DNA from: Pristiophorus japonicus
Lineage: Eukaryota
Length of the DNA: 64,000 nucleotides
Reading direction: 5' to 3'
Assembly: GCF_044704955.1 (NCBI RefSeq)
Contig: NC_091991.1
Coordinates: 36,084,001 to 36,148,000, forward strand
A program made the position numbers and the translations under genes. Below are positions 1 through 12,732 of this stretch, piece by piece; position 1 is the stretch's first letter; each line of letters begins with the position of its first letter. The notes below the pieces were generated by a model. It had not been told where the DNA came from and did not search any database. It saw only the letters and a list, made by a program, of their open reading frames with translations.

Positions 1-650
1 CAGAGAATGACTCCCAACTCTGTTTTCAGTTAGCCAATCCTCTATCCATGCTAATATATTACCCGCAACCCAGTGAACTTTTATCTTGTGCAGTAACCTT
101 TTATGTGGCACCTTGTCAAATGCCTTCTGGAAGTCCAAATACACCACATCCGCTGGTTCCCCTTTATCCACCTTGTTCGTTACATCTTCAAAAGAATTCC
201 AGCAAATTTGTCAAACATGACTTCCCCTTCATAAATCCATGCTGACTCTGCCTGACCGAATTTTGCTTTTCCAAATGTCCTGCTTCTTTAGCAATGGACT
301 CCAACATTTTCCCAACCACAGATGTTGGGCTAACTTGTCTATAGTTTCCTGCTTTTTGTCTGCCTCCTTTTTTTTAAAAAAAATAGGGGCAGTACATTTG
401 CAGTTTTCCAATCTACTGGGACCTCCCCAGAATCTAAGGAATTTTGGTAATTTACAACCAATGCATCCACAATCCCTGCCACTACTTCTCTTAAGACCCG
501 AGGATGCAAGCCATCAGGTCCAGGGGATTTATCTGCCTTTAGCTCCATTATCTTACTGAGTACCACCTCCTTAGTGATTGTGATTGTGTTAAGTTCCTCC
601 CCCCCCCTATAACCCCTTCACTGTCAGAATATTGTTAGTGTCCTCTACCA
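1..650 (-). mobile_element. CR1-clade LINE ORF2 fragment
   Basis: Minus-strand ORF 339..566 reads KSPGPDGLHPRVLREV...DWKTANV, a typical CR1 ORF2 segment; frameshifted; boundaries approximate. Confidence 0.85.
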
Positions 651-1102
651 TAAATTGTCCCATTGACACATACAAAACCTGACACTGACCAGTTACCTTA
701 TAACCCCTCCTAACCCCTTGTAAACCCAAATTTCAGGCCACCTTCAATGCCACTTAACCCCACCTCACTAGTCTCTTTCACACCTACTGAGTAAAGTTTG
801 TAGCGCTCGCTCTCTCCCACCCCACCCACAGAGCATCCTCCCACCAAATGTTTCCTGATAAGCTCTAACTCCATGAAATGTGTTTCTGGTCCCATTAATT
901 AGCATATTTCATGACCAATGCTCCCTTCCCCTTCCCCCGCCCCCACCCCACCCCACCCCACCGTGTCTCGAAAGTGGTTATAGAGTTAGGGAGCGATGTG
1001 GCCCTAGAGGGAATATGAGTATGAGAATTTTAAAATCGAGATGTTGATGAACCAGAAGCAGTATGGATATGAAATTGACTAAGTGACAGTAAACAAAGAG
1101 TA

Positions 1103-2115
1103 GTGATGGACAGTTGTTTTTCAGACTGGAGGAAGGTACACAGTGCTGTTGCCCAGGGGCCGGTACTAGGATCACTGCTTTTCTTGATATATATTAATGA
1201 CTTGGACTTGGGTGTACAGGACACAATTTCAAAATTTGCAGATGACACAAAACTTGGAAGTATAACGAACAGTGAGAGACTTCAAGAGGACATAGACAGG
1301 CTGGTGGAATGGGGGAACAAGTTGCAGATGAAATTTAACGCAGAAAAGTGCAAAGTGATACATTTTGGTAGGAACAATGAGGAGACACAATATAAACTAA
1401 AGGGTACAATTCTTAAGGGAACAGAGACCTGAAGTTATATGTGCACAAAACATTAACGGTGGTGGGGCAGGTTGAAAAAGTGGTTAACAAAACATATGGG
1501 ATCCTGGGCTTCATAAACAGAGGTATAGGTACAAAAGCAAGAAAGTTATGATGACCCTTTATAAAACATTGGTCCAACCTCAACTGAAGTATTGTGTCCA
1601 ATTCTGGGCACCACACTTTAGGAAGGATGTGAAGACCTTAGAGAGGGTGCAGAAAATATTTACAAGAATGGTTCCAGTGATGAGGGACTTCAGTTATGTG
1701 GATAGACTGAAGAAGCTGGGGTTGTTCTCCTTAGAGGAGAGAGGAGATTTGATAGAGATGTTCAAAATCATGAGGGTCTAGTCAGAGTAAATAGAGAGAA
1801 ACTGTTCCCATTGGCAGAAGGGTCGAGAACCAGAGGACACAGATTTAAGGGCATTGGCAGAAGAACCAAAGGCAACACGAGGAATAACTTTTTTATGCAA
1901 TGAGTGGTTAGGATCTGGAATGCACTGAGAGGGTGGTGGAGGCATTCAATTGTGATTTTCAAAAGGGAATTGGATAAGTACCTGAAGGAAAAAAAAATTG
2001 CAGGTCTACGAAGAAAGGGCTGGGGAGTGGGACTAGCTGCAGTGCTCTTGCAGAGAGCTGGCATGGGCCTGACGGGCCGAATGCCCTCCTACTGTGCTGT
2101 AACCATGCTATGATT
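1103..2115 (+). mobile_element. CR1-clade LINE 3' fragment (RT C-terminus and 3' UTR)
   Basis: ORFs read QGPVLGSLLFLIYINDLD..SKFADDTKLG and LKYCVQFWAPHFRKD; ends near a CTATGATTCTA-type tail. Confidence 0.85.
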
Positions 2116-2599
2116 CTAAGCCAATGTAGATCAATGAGCACTTCCCTTCCCCTGCTCATCTGCTTCTTCCCCTTTCTCCTCTCGTACCTTGATCCAATTA
2201 TCCGCTCACCCCTTAACCATGCTTGATCAGAAGGGTGTGCTTAGTCTCGACTCACCGTGTGCAACACCACAGAAGAGCAACTCTATATACAAACAACAGC
2301 CCAGTTTACCAAGTGTAAAGGTAATACCTTCACACCAGTTGGACAAAGAAAGGTCAAACAGAACTGAGCTTAAATGTCAGTTACGCAACTTAGTGTCTGG
2401 TAATTTGAACAACGCTTTATCTGCTAAATTTGTTAATGGCAAATTCATTTATAATAGTTTCAATCTAACCTAGATGTGAGTGCTACCAACTGAGCCAAGG
2501 TATTTGACATTTCTAAATGCCCCAATTCGAGAACAACCCCACCTAAAGTGTGAATGTTACTTGGTCAATATAAAGTTTGTTATATTTTAGCATCATAAT

Positions 2600-3269
2600 G
2601 GCGCATAAATTGTGGTTGAAGGCTTCCCACGGGCAAATACCTCAGACCTGAAAAATTTCTACGAATCTACCTGGTGGTCCGGGAGGTTCGGACACTTGTG
2701 GTCCTGGGCCTCTACACAAAGGCCTGTGTAGAGACCCATGTATCCCAGGGACTTGTGCGCTTCGTACCCATCCCTGGGATCATGTGGCTCGGCCCAAACA
2801 ATCCAAGTAGGGGTATTCCCATTCATACTTAGTGATTCTGTTTGTACGGATTCACCATAAGTATGAATGGGATTACCACCAAAAACACCTCATTTAAAAA
2901 AAAAATCACATTTAAAGTGAATCAAAATGGAATTTAATTAATTATTTAAAGCAAAAATGTAATTTTTTGAAAAATAAATTTACATATTTTAACAGGTCTA
3001 AAAATAAATTTACCTTTTTTTAACAGAACCTTAACGGTTAAAATTATTGAAAAATTTTTTTTCTGTCCTTTAAAAGTCTTATGCTGATAAAAGCCAGCTT
3101 TACGCCTGCTTTTATCAGTCGTAAGAATTTCAAGGGCATTTGCTGGGCAAAGAGCCCAACTCTCCGCCTATGGAGGCCCTTTACTCCGCATGCCTAAATC
3201 CGGAGATTGCGGGGCACCTACGAGCATGTGTGCACCTTGTACGCCCGTAGGGGCTGAGAATTCAGGACC
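2600..3269. mobile_element. Non-autonomous Harbinger-like DNA transposon (same family as 44024-44758 and 48971-49615)
   Basis: Internal sequence colinear with 48971-49615 (tacctggtggtcc..., gggcatttgctgggcaa); right end ...aattcaggacc followed by ATT; left end approximate. Confidence 0.55.
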
Positions 3270-3599
3270 ATTGGCTAAAAGTGTAATATCTTTGAGGATC
3301 CAAATCATTTATTTGTTTTTTCACATATTCAAAGAAAACTATTGAAGCCTTTTTAAATTTGTTTTACTTTGTATTTCTTTAGACCGGACTATAGACCGTG
3401 CACTAGTTCTCTGCATTTACACTGATAAAACGAATTACCGATTTTTGAAGTCGGAGCCAGTGGCATCATCAGGCCATGATGTTTGCATGTAAAATAGGCC
3501 CCCACTTTCCTGGGATGGACTGTCCGGACACTGTGGAACAAAACCCACTACCCACCCCCAACCCGTCGCCATTATAACTGCTCAGCTTGTTCACACCAC

Positions 3600-4330
3600 A
3601 CGGGCAAGAAGTTAATGACGACTCTGACCAGGCTGTTTGAGTGCTGTGGGCGATTCGGAAACCAGAACAGATGGATTCAAACAGGGAGTGGCAGGCACAG
3701 AATTGAATGCCGATGACATATTCAAGGAGCTTAGAGAGGAAAAGAAATTTGGTGATGGGTATTAGTTTAAGAGGACTTAAACTACGTCCAGTCAAGGTGG
3801 GATTTTTAAGAAGGAAGTTGATGGCAGCCTGAAATGAGTGGAGGACCGTTAGTTCAATAGCAATTCTCATAAAGGTAATGTCTCATCGGGGCTGGGGGAG
3901 TATCTACAGCATGTTGCAGGATGGAAGTGTGGGTAGCTGGGAAGGCAGGAGGCTAGAAAAGGTAGTCAAGTGGATAGTCTCTATCTTGTGAATGAAGAAG
4001 CCCATGAGCCCCTCACATTAGGTGTCAGAGGCGATATTGTTGCGCATGGAGTTAGAGACGACAATTTGGGATTATCCATACCCTCGAGGAGAATATTGGA
4101 TTAGTGGAAGGTTTTGGCTGTAGAAGGCAAATTCAGTTAAGATGGTCAAGTCAGAAGTAGATGAGGCCAATCACAAGCCATGTATACTCCAGTATGCAGC
4201 CCTCAAATTTGAGGTTGTACCACAAAAGGTAGCAAGGTTGGGAGACAGGATCTGGTGGCGAGGAGTTTTTGCAGAGCTGGACATAGGGGCGCTGGTGGTT
4301 GGCAGAACAGAGGAGAGGGGAAAGAGAGTT
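3600..4330 (-). mobile_element. Degraded L2-clade LINE fragment
   Basis: Minus-strand translation FLSKLLEYV...FESICSGFRIAHSTQTA resembles the L2 RT motif FLSKxLE...QSGFRxxHSTETA. Confidence 0.6.
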
Positions 4331-4642
4331 AGCAGCTTCACTCTATTACATAAATTATTGTATTTTTGGTTAAAATGCTTTCATCCACAGAAAATGTATA
4401 CAACATAGTTTAACACCTTGTAGGACATGAACAAAAATACACATTTTAACTGCATCTGGTAGGATTAGTCCTGCATCTTATCACACTATCAAATAAAAAT
4501 TGCATTTTACAGACAACTACTGCTCATTTCTGAACTTAGCTTGAAGTCTGCCAGGAATATCAACTTAATAGTATTAATGTTAACTCTAAGATCTTGACAT
4601 CTAGAATTAAAATACCATCCTGTAATACATTAACGTACTTAC

Positions 4643-4739
4643 TCCTTTCTAAGATTTCAGTAATTCCAGCATTATCAGCTTCAAGCTCCATTTTAAATTT
4701 GGCAAGTTCTTGGTCCAATTTACGTAGATGTCTATCGAC
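4643..4739 (-). CDS. ING3: ING3 coding exon 5 (VDRHLRKLDQELAKFKMELEADNAGITEILER)
   Basis: 97-nt exon; AG acceptor at 4741-4740, GTAAGT donor at 4642; peptide matches the ING3 N-terminal ING domain. Confidence 0.96.
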
Positions 4740-5604
4740 CTGGTTAATCAAAATACAAAACCTAATAAATAGATGAAACTATATACAGGGTACCCACAAA
4801 GTAAAGTTCTTTATTACAGTCCCTACCACTTACCACGGATTATCACGGGCAGCCGCATATAATCGTGCAAATGCCGCTAACCATTTGCCATTTCCACTGA
4901 AGTCAATTACAAAAGGTGCCACTTATAACACATTAAGCATGCTAACTATTTTCGACAATTCAATAATCTTTTCTCACATTATCATCATACTGTATTTGTA
5001 GTTAAATCATTCCATGGATCATCCTGTGTCTGGTTTCTCTCGGGTCTCAGTGGGTTTGGTAGTCATCAGGGTTGGCATTAAATATATTCCATACAGCACA
5101 CTGTGATATATAAACATGCAACCTTTCTAGTTCTTAATATATGTCCGATTTTATTCAGTAGTAAGTCTGGACCTTCAGTACATTCTCTCAATCCATTTTG
5201 TTTGAACGACTTTCCAGACTGCAAAGTTTACCTGTGTGATTGTGTGAAAAAGATTGAACTCAATCACATCAATGGTATCTCCAATTACTAATTCAGTCTT
5301 GCGATTGGGTCAGAGACGTGTAATGACGGCTGGATATTTATCTCAAAGATGCTGATAAAAGACAATACACCCACCAACACATAGTGGGCTAATCGTGTTA
5401 ACACCAACACGCCCACTATAAGTGCTGGGGACTGTATTTTACTTGGCAGGGAGCAAAATGTTAGACTGAGCAATATGAAAATATGTTGGAATCGTGTTCT
5501 ATGAGAAACAACTCAATCACATCCTACAGCTAACATGCAGGACAGTAAACAATCAAAAACAAAAACAGGTTTGTACAGATAGCTTACTATCGTACTTGCT
5601 TAAA

Positions 5605-5740
5605 ATCTGTCACATCTCTAACCTTTTCCAGTTCTGATGAAAGGTCATCGATCTGAAACGTTAACTTTGTTTCTCTTGCCACAGATGCTGCACTTTGTTT
5701 TTATTTCAGATTTCTAGCATCCGCAGTATTTTGCTTTTGT
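5605..5740 (+). mobile_element. Penelope-like element terminal fragment carrying a minimal hammerhead ribozyme motif
   Basis: agtt-CTGATGA-a-aggtc-atc-gatct-GAAAC-GTT-aact at 5630-5666, followed by cacagatgctgc...atttcagatttctagcatccgcag. Confidence 0.6.
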
Positions 5741-5831
5741 CATAATGTAAAGTATGGCTTTAGTTTTGGAGGGAGGAGAGTGTTACTGAAAGCACACAAC
5801 AAATTTCCTCAAGTCCTGCCGATGTATACAG

Positions 5832-6288
5832 CATCATCATCATCATCATAATAGGCGGTCCCTCGAACAAGGATGACTTGCTTCCACACCAAAAGGAATG
5901 AGTTTGCAGATGTTTCAATGAAGGACCCGATATTCCAGTCCTGAACTCGAGGGGTGGAAGATGCCGGTGCGTGGATTTTTTTTAACGTATGGTGACCGTT
6001 GCACATCAGCCACCACACGGCTTGACAGAGCTAGGCCTTTATCCAGTGGCAAGGGTTAATTAACCAGGACGACTGGAGACCTGCTCTGCTGCACGGACCT
6101 AGTGCGCACACATATCGCAGTGTGGGCTGGCCCATGCTGCCCCTGGCTCTTCTGGGCCCCGTACCCCATTTGCCGCACCTCCGGCACGATCTCTTGCCGC
6201 TCCTCCGCCACGATCTCTCATCGCACCTCCACACCAAATATTAGCCGCACCTCCACCGTGATCACTCGCCGAATCTCAGCCACGATCT
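5832..6288 (-). mobile_element. Non-autonomous retroelement with RTE-type 3' tail
   Basis: Reverse-complement homolog of 19150-19606; ends (minus sense) GTGGAAGCAAGTCATCCT..GAGGGACCGCCTAT(TAT)(GAT)n. Confidence 0.65.
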
Positions 6289-6691
6289 AATATTTTGTAG
6301 AGCATCACTCTTCTAACAAGTAACCACTTTTTCACCCCCTCAACCAATTCCTTATTCACATTGAAGTTTTACCTTGAATTCCAACTGATTTCAGTTTCAG
6401 TGGTAATCTTTTGAGGAGTTTTATTAATTTGGAGATTAAAGTGCACAATATTATATGATTTTCCACTGTCCACTATGAATGTCACTTCCTCAAAAAAAAG
6501 TCAAGACAGTCAGTCAGGCAGGATCTTCCCCTTATAAAACCATGATGGGTGTAATTTACTAGATTATTTTCATACAGGTAGTCCTTAAGTTTTCTCCCAG
6601 TTATTTTCAATATTTTTCCAAATATTAATATTAGTCAGATGTCTGGGTTAGATTTGTACCTTTTTAAAAATATATTGTGACACCTACTCAC

Positions 6692-6757
6692 CAAATCGTA
6701 AATTTGGTTTGCTAACTGGACTTTTTCATCAGCATCTTCCAAGGCTTTATAGTAGTC
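6692..6757 (-). CDS. ING3: ING3 coding exon 4 (DYYKALEDADEKVQLANQIYDL)
   Basis: 66-nt exon; TAG acceptor at 6760-6758, GTGAGT donor at 6691; in frame with exons 3 and 5. Confidence 0.96.
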
Positions 6758-7196
6758 CTATAAAAAGGAGATTCAAGAAATTAAACATTCACTTATTAAA
6801 CTTAAATGGAGAAAGAAAATGGCAATAGCACTTCCGTTCTTTGCATGGTTACCCTAGCACTGGCACAAACTATATTTGTCTTCAATTATCATCCATACAT
6901 GTTATTTACTGTTGAATTTGTTGCTACATTCTCTTACAGGAGCTCCAAAATACAAATCAAGATACACTACTGAAAGCAAATATACAGTCTGTAAATTTTA
7001 CATTACATAAAGCAAAACCATTTATGGTTAAGCTTTAGCAATTCACAAATTCCATTTATTTAAATATTTTCATTATTTTAAAATAATGATTGGTTGCTGC
7101 CGCACATTTTCTGTGACGTGCACCGCCAAAGATATCCTCACAAACTATATAATCTCCTCACATTAAGTCAGCTGGAGGGTTAGTACTATAGAAATA

Positions 7197-7369
7197 GGGA
7201 AGAATTTCCATGGGGGTTCCCTGATTTCCCAGTAACTTTAACAGATGATCGGCGTAAACTCCGGAGAAACTACGTAAATGGCTGTTTTGCCATTTCTCTG
7301 GGGTTTCCTCTGATCTTCTGCCAAAGTTACGATGGGAGATTGAATTAACCCATATGGAAACTCCATCCC
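7197..7369. mobile_element. Palindromic MITE with 3-bp target duplication ATA
   Basis: ATA|gggaagaatttcca ... tggaaactccatccc|ATA; internal arms gtaactttaacaga/tctgccaaagttac are also complementary. Confidence 0.6.
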
Positions 7370-7494
7370 ATATTCTTTAAAGGTCATAATTTGTGTTAGA
7401 AGTAATTTAGAATGAATTTTTGGCCAGTAATCACTTAATTAAAAAAAACCATAAACAAAATGCTTCCTGATGGTCCAGCAAGTTTATTCAGTGA

Positions 7495-7815
7495 CCAGCT
7501 GAGCTATACAGATCAGGAAGATCCCAGGTTCAGTCTGTGGTGACCGATCTGATCTCAACTTGACTTCTGCACTCCCTAGTTAGGGAGGGGAAAATAGGCT
7601 AGCCTTCCTGCTCCTAGTCACTATCTAGTGATCTTTGATGGAAGTGTGAGTGTATGGCTACTGCATAAGCACAATATTAGGGTTAATTGCAATGGTGGTT
7701 GAAAAGCCTACTGACACTTGCAGTCAAAACTCACAAATTAATAATGGCTATTTAGGCAAAGTACCAGAGGGCAGACAGTATCTGTAGAACATCTTCAGAA
7801 GAGGATAGGGAAGGA
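7495..7815 (+). mobile_element. LF-SINE-like element (degraded)
   Basis: Blocks cagatcaggaagatcccaggttc, ttcctgctcctagtcactatctagtga and aatggctatttaggcaaagtaccagagggc resemble the LF-SINE consensus as I recall it. Confidence 0.5.
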
Positions 7816-8098
7816 GAGAAAATTGACGAGAAAAACACGCAAAAACAGGAAGTTTTTTTAATAATATGATTTTACAGTATCAATAATATGAATAATCAAT
7901 GAGTTTACATTTTTTGCAAGATGATTTAGTAGTCAACTACTCAGTGAGAGAACAAGCAGTGACTGAATAGTACATGTCTATCACTTTTGTGTTTGTATCA
8001 CCCAATTTGAGTTACTCTAATGTTATGAATTGGCACAGATTTACAACTGATATTTTATTCATAGATAGGTAAAAAAAAAATAACCCAACTGTACTTGC

Positions 8099-8199
8099 CT
8101 TCTTGATTGCTTCCATCTGTTCCTCTCTCCATTCTGGTTTGTTTTTTTTCGCATTGACAAAGAACTCATTCACCCTCTGTTCTAACTGATCCATTGCAT
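8099..8199 (-). CDS. ING3: ING3 coding exon 3 (AMDQLEQRVNEFFVNAKKNKPEWREEQMEAIKK)
   Basis: 101-nt exon; CAG acceptor ending at 8200; donor is the non-canonical AAG|GCAAGT at 8098. Confidence 0.94.
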
Positions 8200-11100
8200 C
8201 TGTGTATAGAGGAAAGAAAATCAGTGTTTTCACAATATGGATGACGGTATGTGGAGTTGCCAATCCAGCGCAACATGCAGGTTTAATTTACTTCAATATT
8301 GTTGATCTTTCATTGTTGTTGGGAACCAAAAAATAGATCGAATAGGCTCTAATTGAATTTAAAGTTAAACCTTACGAGCACCAAATTGATTTTTCTTATC
8401 TGGATTCATCTCATTGAGTTTGGAGCAGCTCTTGATAATAGGGCTTAAAGCAAGTCTTTGCAAAAGCCCCATTCTGCTATGATTTTGATGACGATTACCG
8501 ATTTTTGAAGTTGGCCAATGCATCTCTACAATCTTTGCTAATTAGGAAACCACACAAGGATTCTACCACCTAATGGCAATGAAACACTTCCGTTCTTTCA
8601 TGTTTCTCCCTCTTGCCCCCCCCTTTTATTATTGGATTGTACAAGAATTTACAGTTTCTCAAGTCATGGTAGGATACTGTGTAACAGAGTACATGGTGTT
8701 TTGTAGGTTACACAGCATCCATCAACTATATTCACCAGAATGCTGCAACTAAGGATTACTCAGAACAATTAGGATGCAGCTAGATTAAATCTCATTTATT
8801 TATTTCTAAATGGGACAAGTCCTTTATGCAGTACTCATTCAGTGCCCATGCTGCCACTAAGCATTATCTTCTTCAAGGAATATTAAGAGCTCCTAGGAAT
8901 AGTGATCAATAGCAACTTATATTCATGTGAGGTGTCTTTTTTATTATTTTGCCCTCAATATTTCCTTTCACATTTATTAGATTACCATTTAGTTTTTTTT
9001 CTCATTTCTTCTGCATTGTTTGCATTTTATATTTTGAAAGGAGGTCTGAAAAGGGACCCAAGAGACTTCACAAGATAACTACAGATGAGGAAGGCCATTC
9101 AGCCCCTCCAGCAAGACTCTAAAGTCCCGCCACTGCAGCATGCAATTGTTTGTTAAATGATAGACAAAATAAACCCGGAAAAATACTTTCAGAAATGCCA
9201 GCGCAGCACAGGTTCAAAGTTGTGAAAGCAAAATTTAGGACAAATACAAAAAAAATAACTATTTACACACATGGGAATCAATGTTTGGAATGGTTGCCAG
9301 CCATACTGACTGAATATCATACCACCACACTAATGTAATAAATACCTATAACACTGTAATGAGAATTGGTATTCTAGAGAAATGAAATCCATAGTCCAAA
9401 GGGCCTTTTTTTTAAATTCGCAACTGATCAATTTTTTTTTAAATCATATGGTCTGTTTATACAACGTGGTTGTGAACTGATTGTTACCACAGTAACTTCA
9501 AATTTGATCTTTTTTAAAGTTATGAGGCCTTCTGATTGAATTTGACCTTTTTCTGCATTTCAATAAACCTTCCCTTGGTTATAACCATTTATTTTCTGAT
9601 GTATGGGTTCCACAGATCAGTTGCAAAAACTCAGTTACTTTTTTTCATCCTATTTCACCTGATACTTTCACCAATGTTTACCTAGTAAACCTGACACACT
9701 AACAGTGAAAAAAAATATGCAAAATGATGAACACCTGCTACTGCATGTATTCTGCAAGGTTATTGTTTAGATCCTTGTCAAACTGTCTGCAGATCAGTGT
9801 TTTAATTACATAAACATTGTTAATTTGAATTGAATCAGGCTCATCAGAGGCTCTTAACTAGGGAGGGGTGAAAATAACTAATAATTGAGAGATCTGAAAA
9901 AAAAGCTTGCAGCAAAACACCGCTGCTTTATATAATTTAATGTATTAAACTAGTCAGGAAGAGGAAGCCTTCACAGTAAGTCTCTGATCAGTGGGAATAA
10001 TAATAATTCTGTACGTAAACAATGTCACAATCCATTTAGCTGGACAATTTCAAATTAATTCTGCATTTTGAAGAGTTTATTGCAGTTATGTTAGGTGAAT
10101 CTGCTGATACACCACCAGACATTGTTAGCACAGTTAGAAACAAACTTTTATTTAACGTGTATGAAAATGTTCTAATTAGATTTATAAGCAGCTGAAATAA
10201 GTCAAACTCAAATGTTTACATTCATATCTAAACAGTAGTGACCAAGGACTTATAGCAGAGAAATGGTGGTATTTATGCTGTGACAATAAAGTTGAAATAT
10301 TTTTTTAAAAATCATTAATTTTACTTGCTTTTAGTTTAGATCATACTTATAAAATTTAAATTGCATCTATTATAGTACATCACTTCTATTTTATTTACTT
10401 GTTATTTATTAGTTAAGATTTACAGAATTTCATGAATCAAATTCTTAAATATACTCTTATTACCTCAAATGAGAATAGAAAAAAAGAACACAAATACAAA
10501 AGCTGCAAACAAAATTAAGACCAGTCTCATGGTTGGCCATATAAAAATTATTATTTAATATGTATGCACAAATGCAATATCTAAACAAACACAGTATCTC
10601 AAAAGTTACTTTTAAAGTGTGTGAATGAAATGAAACACGGCAAGCAGCTAAACGACATCATGAAGAAACTGCTGTGACATTAGCAGTTACAATGACATCA
10701 AAATGTATTTCGCAAGGGCAGATCAGACTACCCTCCACTTTCCCACTCCTAACCAGAGTGCGTGCATCGTTCCACGAGAGTGGAGTAAAATCATATTCAA
10801 AGTTTGCGCAATTAATTATTTATGAAATAAAAACAGGTCCAGAGCTGGCGACTTGCTCAGAGATAAACCTAGCGCTGGACGAAGCGATGAACGCTGTTGC
10901 TATGGTGTAGGTTGCTACAACTCTGCCGTCGCAAAGAACAAAACAGATTCATGACATAACATACAAATCACAAAAAAAAACGAATAATAATAATTCCGAA
11001 TGATCGGATTGTATCCAAAAGAAAACAGCCTTCTGGTACCTAAACCAAAGTGAAACAGTGTTTGCTCAACTTTTCTTGACAGGCGATTTTAACTGCAGGT

Positions 11101-11285
11101 TTTAATTTACAATGTTGCGCCGTGCAATGTTAAAGAAGCCCTTGCGGCAAGCTGGGAGGGAAGGAGGGGGAGATTTGTTTTGTAAGTGTGCGGGGCCCTC
11201 GGCTCTCGCAAGCACTGTCAACATGTAAAAGTGAGATGGGCAGCGAGTTGTGCGGCGCTGACATGACTAACGTGGCGCTGCATAC

Positions 11286-11357
11286 TCTGTACTTGCAGGT
11301 CCATCTCCCTCATTTCCGTAAACCTGTCGCGGAGATCCATGGGAAGTTGTTCGATCA
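11286..11357 (-). CDS. ING3: ING3 coding exon 2 (IEQLPMDLRDRFTEMREMDLQVQ)
   Basis: 72-nt exon; CAG acceptor at 11360-11358, GTATGC donor at 11285. Confidence 0.96.
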
Positions 11358-11493
11358 CTGTCCAGAGAGAGAAAAAAACACAAGCGTCAATGGAGGGGCG
11401 GCTTCTTTTTCCGTCCGACATTTTCTCCTTCAAACCAAAAAAATTATTTTAAAAATCACAACTTCACGCCAATGCCTTGCGCTCAGTACTCAC

Positions 11494-11521
11494 TCTCCAG
11501 GTAATCTTCCAAGTACAACAT
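11494..11521 (-). CDS. ING3: ING3 coding exon 1 (MLYLEDYLE)
   Basis: ATG at 11521-11519, 28 coding nt, GTGAGT donor at 11493; MLYLEDYLEMIEQLPMDLRDRF is the ING3 N-terminus. Confidence 0.96.
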
Positions 11522-11529
11522 GTTGAATA

Positions 11530-12100
11530 AGTGTGGATTTTAAACCGGACAGTTTTTTTTTCTCTCTTTAAAAATGGTTCCAATATGGCGTCTCAAGCCA
11601 GCGCCGTTCGTTCGTTAAAAAAAAGACAAGCGGGGGGGAAAAAAAATCCACGGCTTCTCGAGCGCCCAGCCCCGCGCGCTGATTACTCACTCGCCCATTG
11701 GCTGAACTGCCTGGCCTGTATTATGTCGTCACGGGCTGACCGACCCGCCTATCACCTGGCTGCGCGAGGAGCATGCCGGGAGATGTGGTTTGACGCAGCA
11801 GGCTGGCCGGCGGGTTCGGCTCCCGCCGCCTCGAGTCCCTCCTCTTTCGGCGAAAATCGTCCAAATAGCTAGTTAATGGGCTGCACGGTTTACATTTCAC
11901 CAGCTCAGCTGTTAAATTGTTAAATTTGATTATTGTATCAGTTCGTTTTGTTGTTTTCTTAAAGAAACACATTTCCGATTATAGCGCCGCGTGCGCACGC
12001 AGGCACGCTCTTTAATTTGTATGCGCCCTTGCGCCTACTCTGCAAACTCCGCAAAGCAACTCGGCAGTTACCCATTTATTCGTGATTCATTGCGCAAAAA
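11530..12100 (-). promoter_or_regulatory. CpG-rich ING3 promoter/5' UTR region
   Basis: High CpG density just upstream of the ATG; YY1-like AATATGGCG near 11582, CCAAT box (ATTGG on +) near 11697, NRF1-like TGCGCACGCA near 11992. Confidence 0.7.
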
Positions 12101-12539
12101 TAAAGCTTGGTGAATCTTGCCGCACAGAAGGAAGCCATTTAGCCCATCGTGCCTGTGCTGGCTCTTTGAAAGATCTGCCCAATTAGTCCCATTCCCCTCC
12201 CTGCTCTTTCCCCATAGCCCTGCAAATGTTTCCTTTTCAAGTATTTACACAATTCCCTGTGGAAAGTTACTATTGAATTTACTTCCACCGCCTTCCCAGG
12301 AAGTGCATTTCAGATCACAACAATTCACTCTTTGAAGCACCTAAAATTTTTAAAAATGCTGTTCCTTGTTATGACTTATTAAATTAGTTATTTTCAACAA
12401 GTAGTTTTCAAATTCAGTGAAATGTAATCTTGACACCAAAAGCCTACTTCTTAAGGGTTAGGAATATTTCCAGTGGAACAAATTAAACTTAACTTCATAC
12501 GAGACAGTTGCAGATGTAAACCCAAAGACTGATGTAAGC

Positions 12540-12730
12540 ATTCGGTGGTAGCACGCTTGTCAAGTCAGAAGTTTACAGGTTTAAGCCCCAATCCAGAGAT
12601 TTAAGACACTTCAGTGCAGTACTGAGAGAGTCTGCGCTGTCCAAGGTGCCATCTTTCAGGTGACAGGTTAAAACAAGGCCCTATCTATGCTTTCAGGTGG
12701 ACAGAAGAGATCTCACGGCACTATTTGAAG
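12540..12730 (+). mobile_element. tRNA-headed Deu-domain SINE, 5' part (SacSINE1/AmnSINE-like)
   Basis: tRNA-like head ggtggtagcac...aggtttaagcccc followed by cagtgcagtactgagagagtctgcgctgtc...ggtgccatctttc; truncated by a CR1. Confidence 0.55.
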
Positions 12731-12732
12731 CT

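Noticed and set aside
1-4640. ING3 exon 6 and later exons
   Set aside because: No segment encoding the expected continuation (RSLELD...) was recognised; presumably beyond the left edge of the window.
11188-11972. ORFs overlapping the ING3 promoter (112-113 aa)
   Set aside because: GC-rich chance ORFs, antisense to or overlapping ING3 exons, with no recognisable homology.
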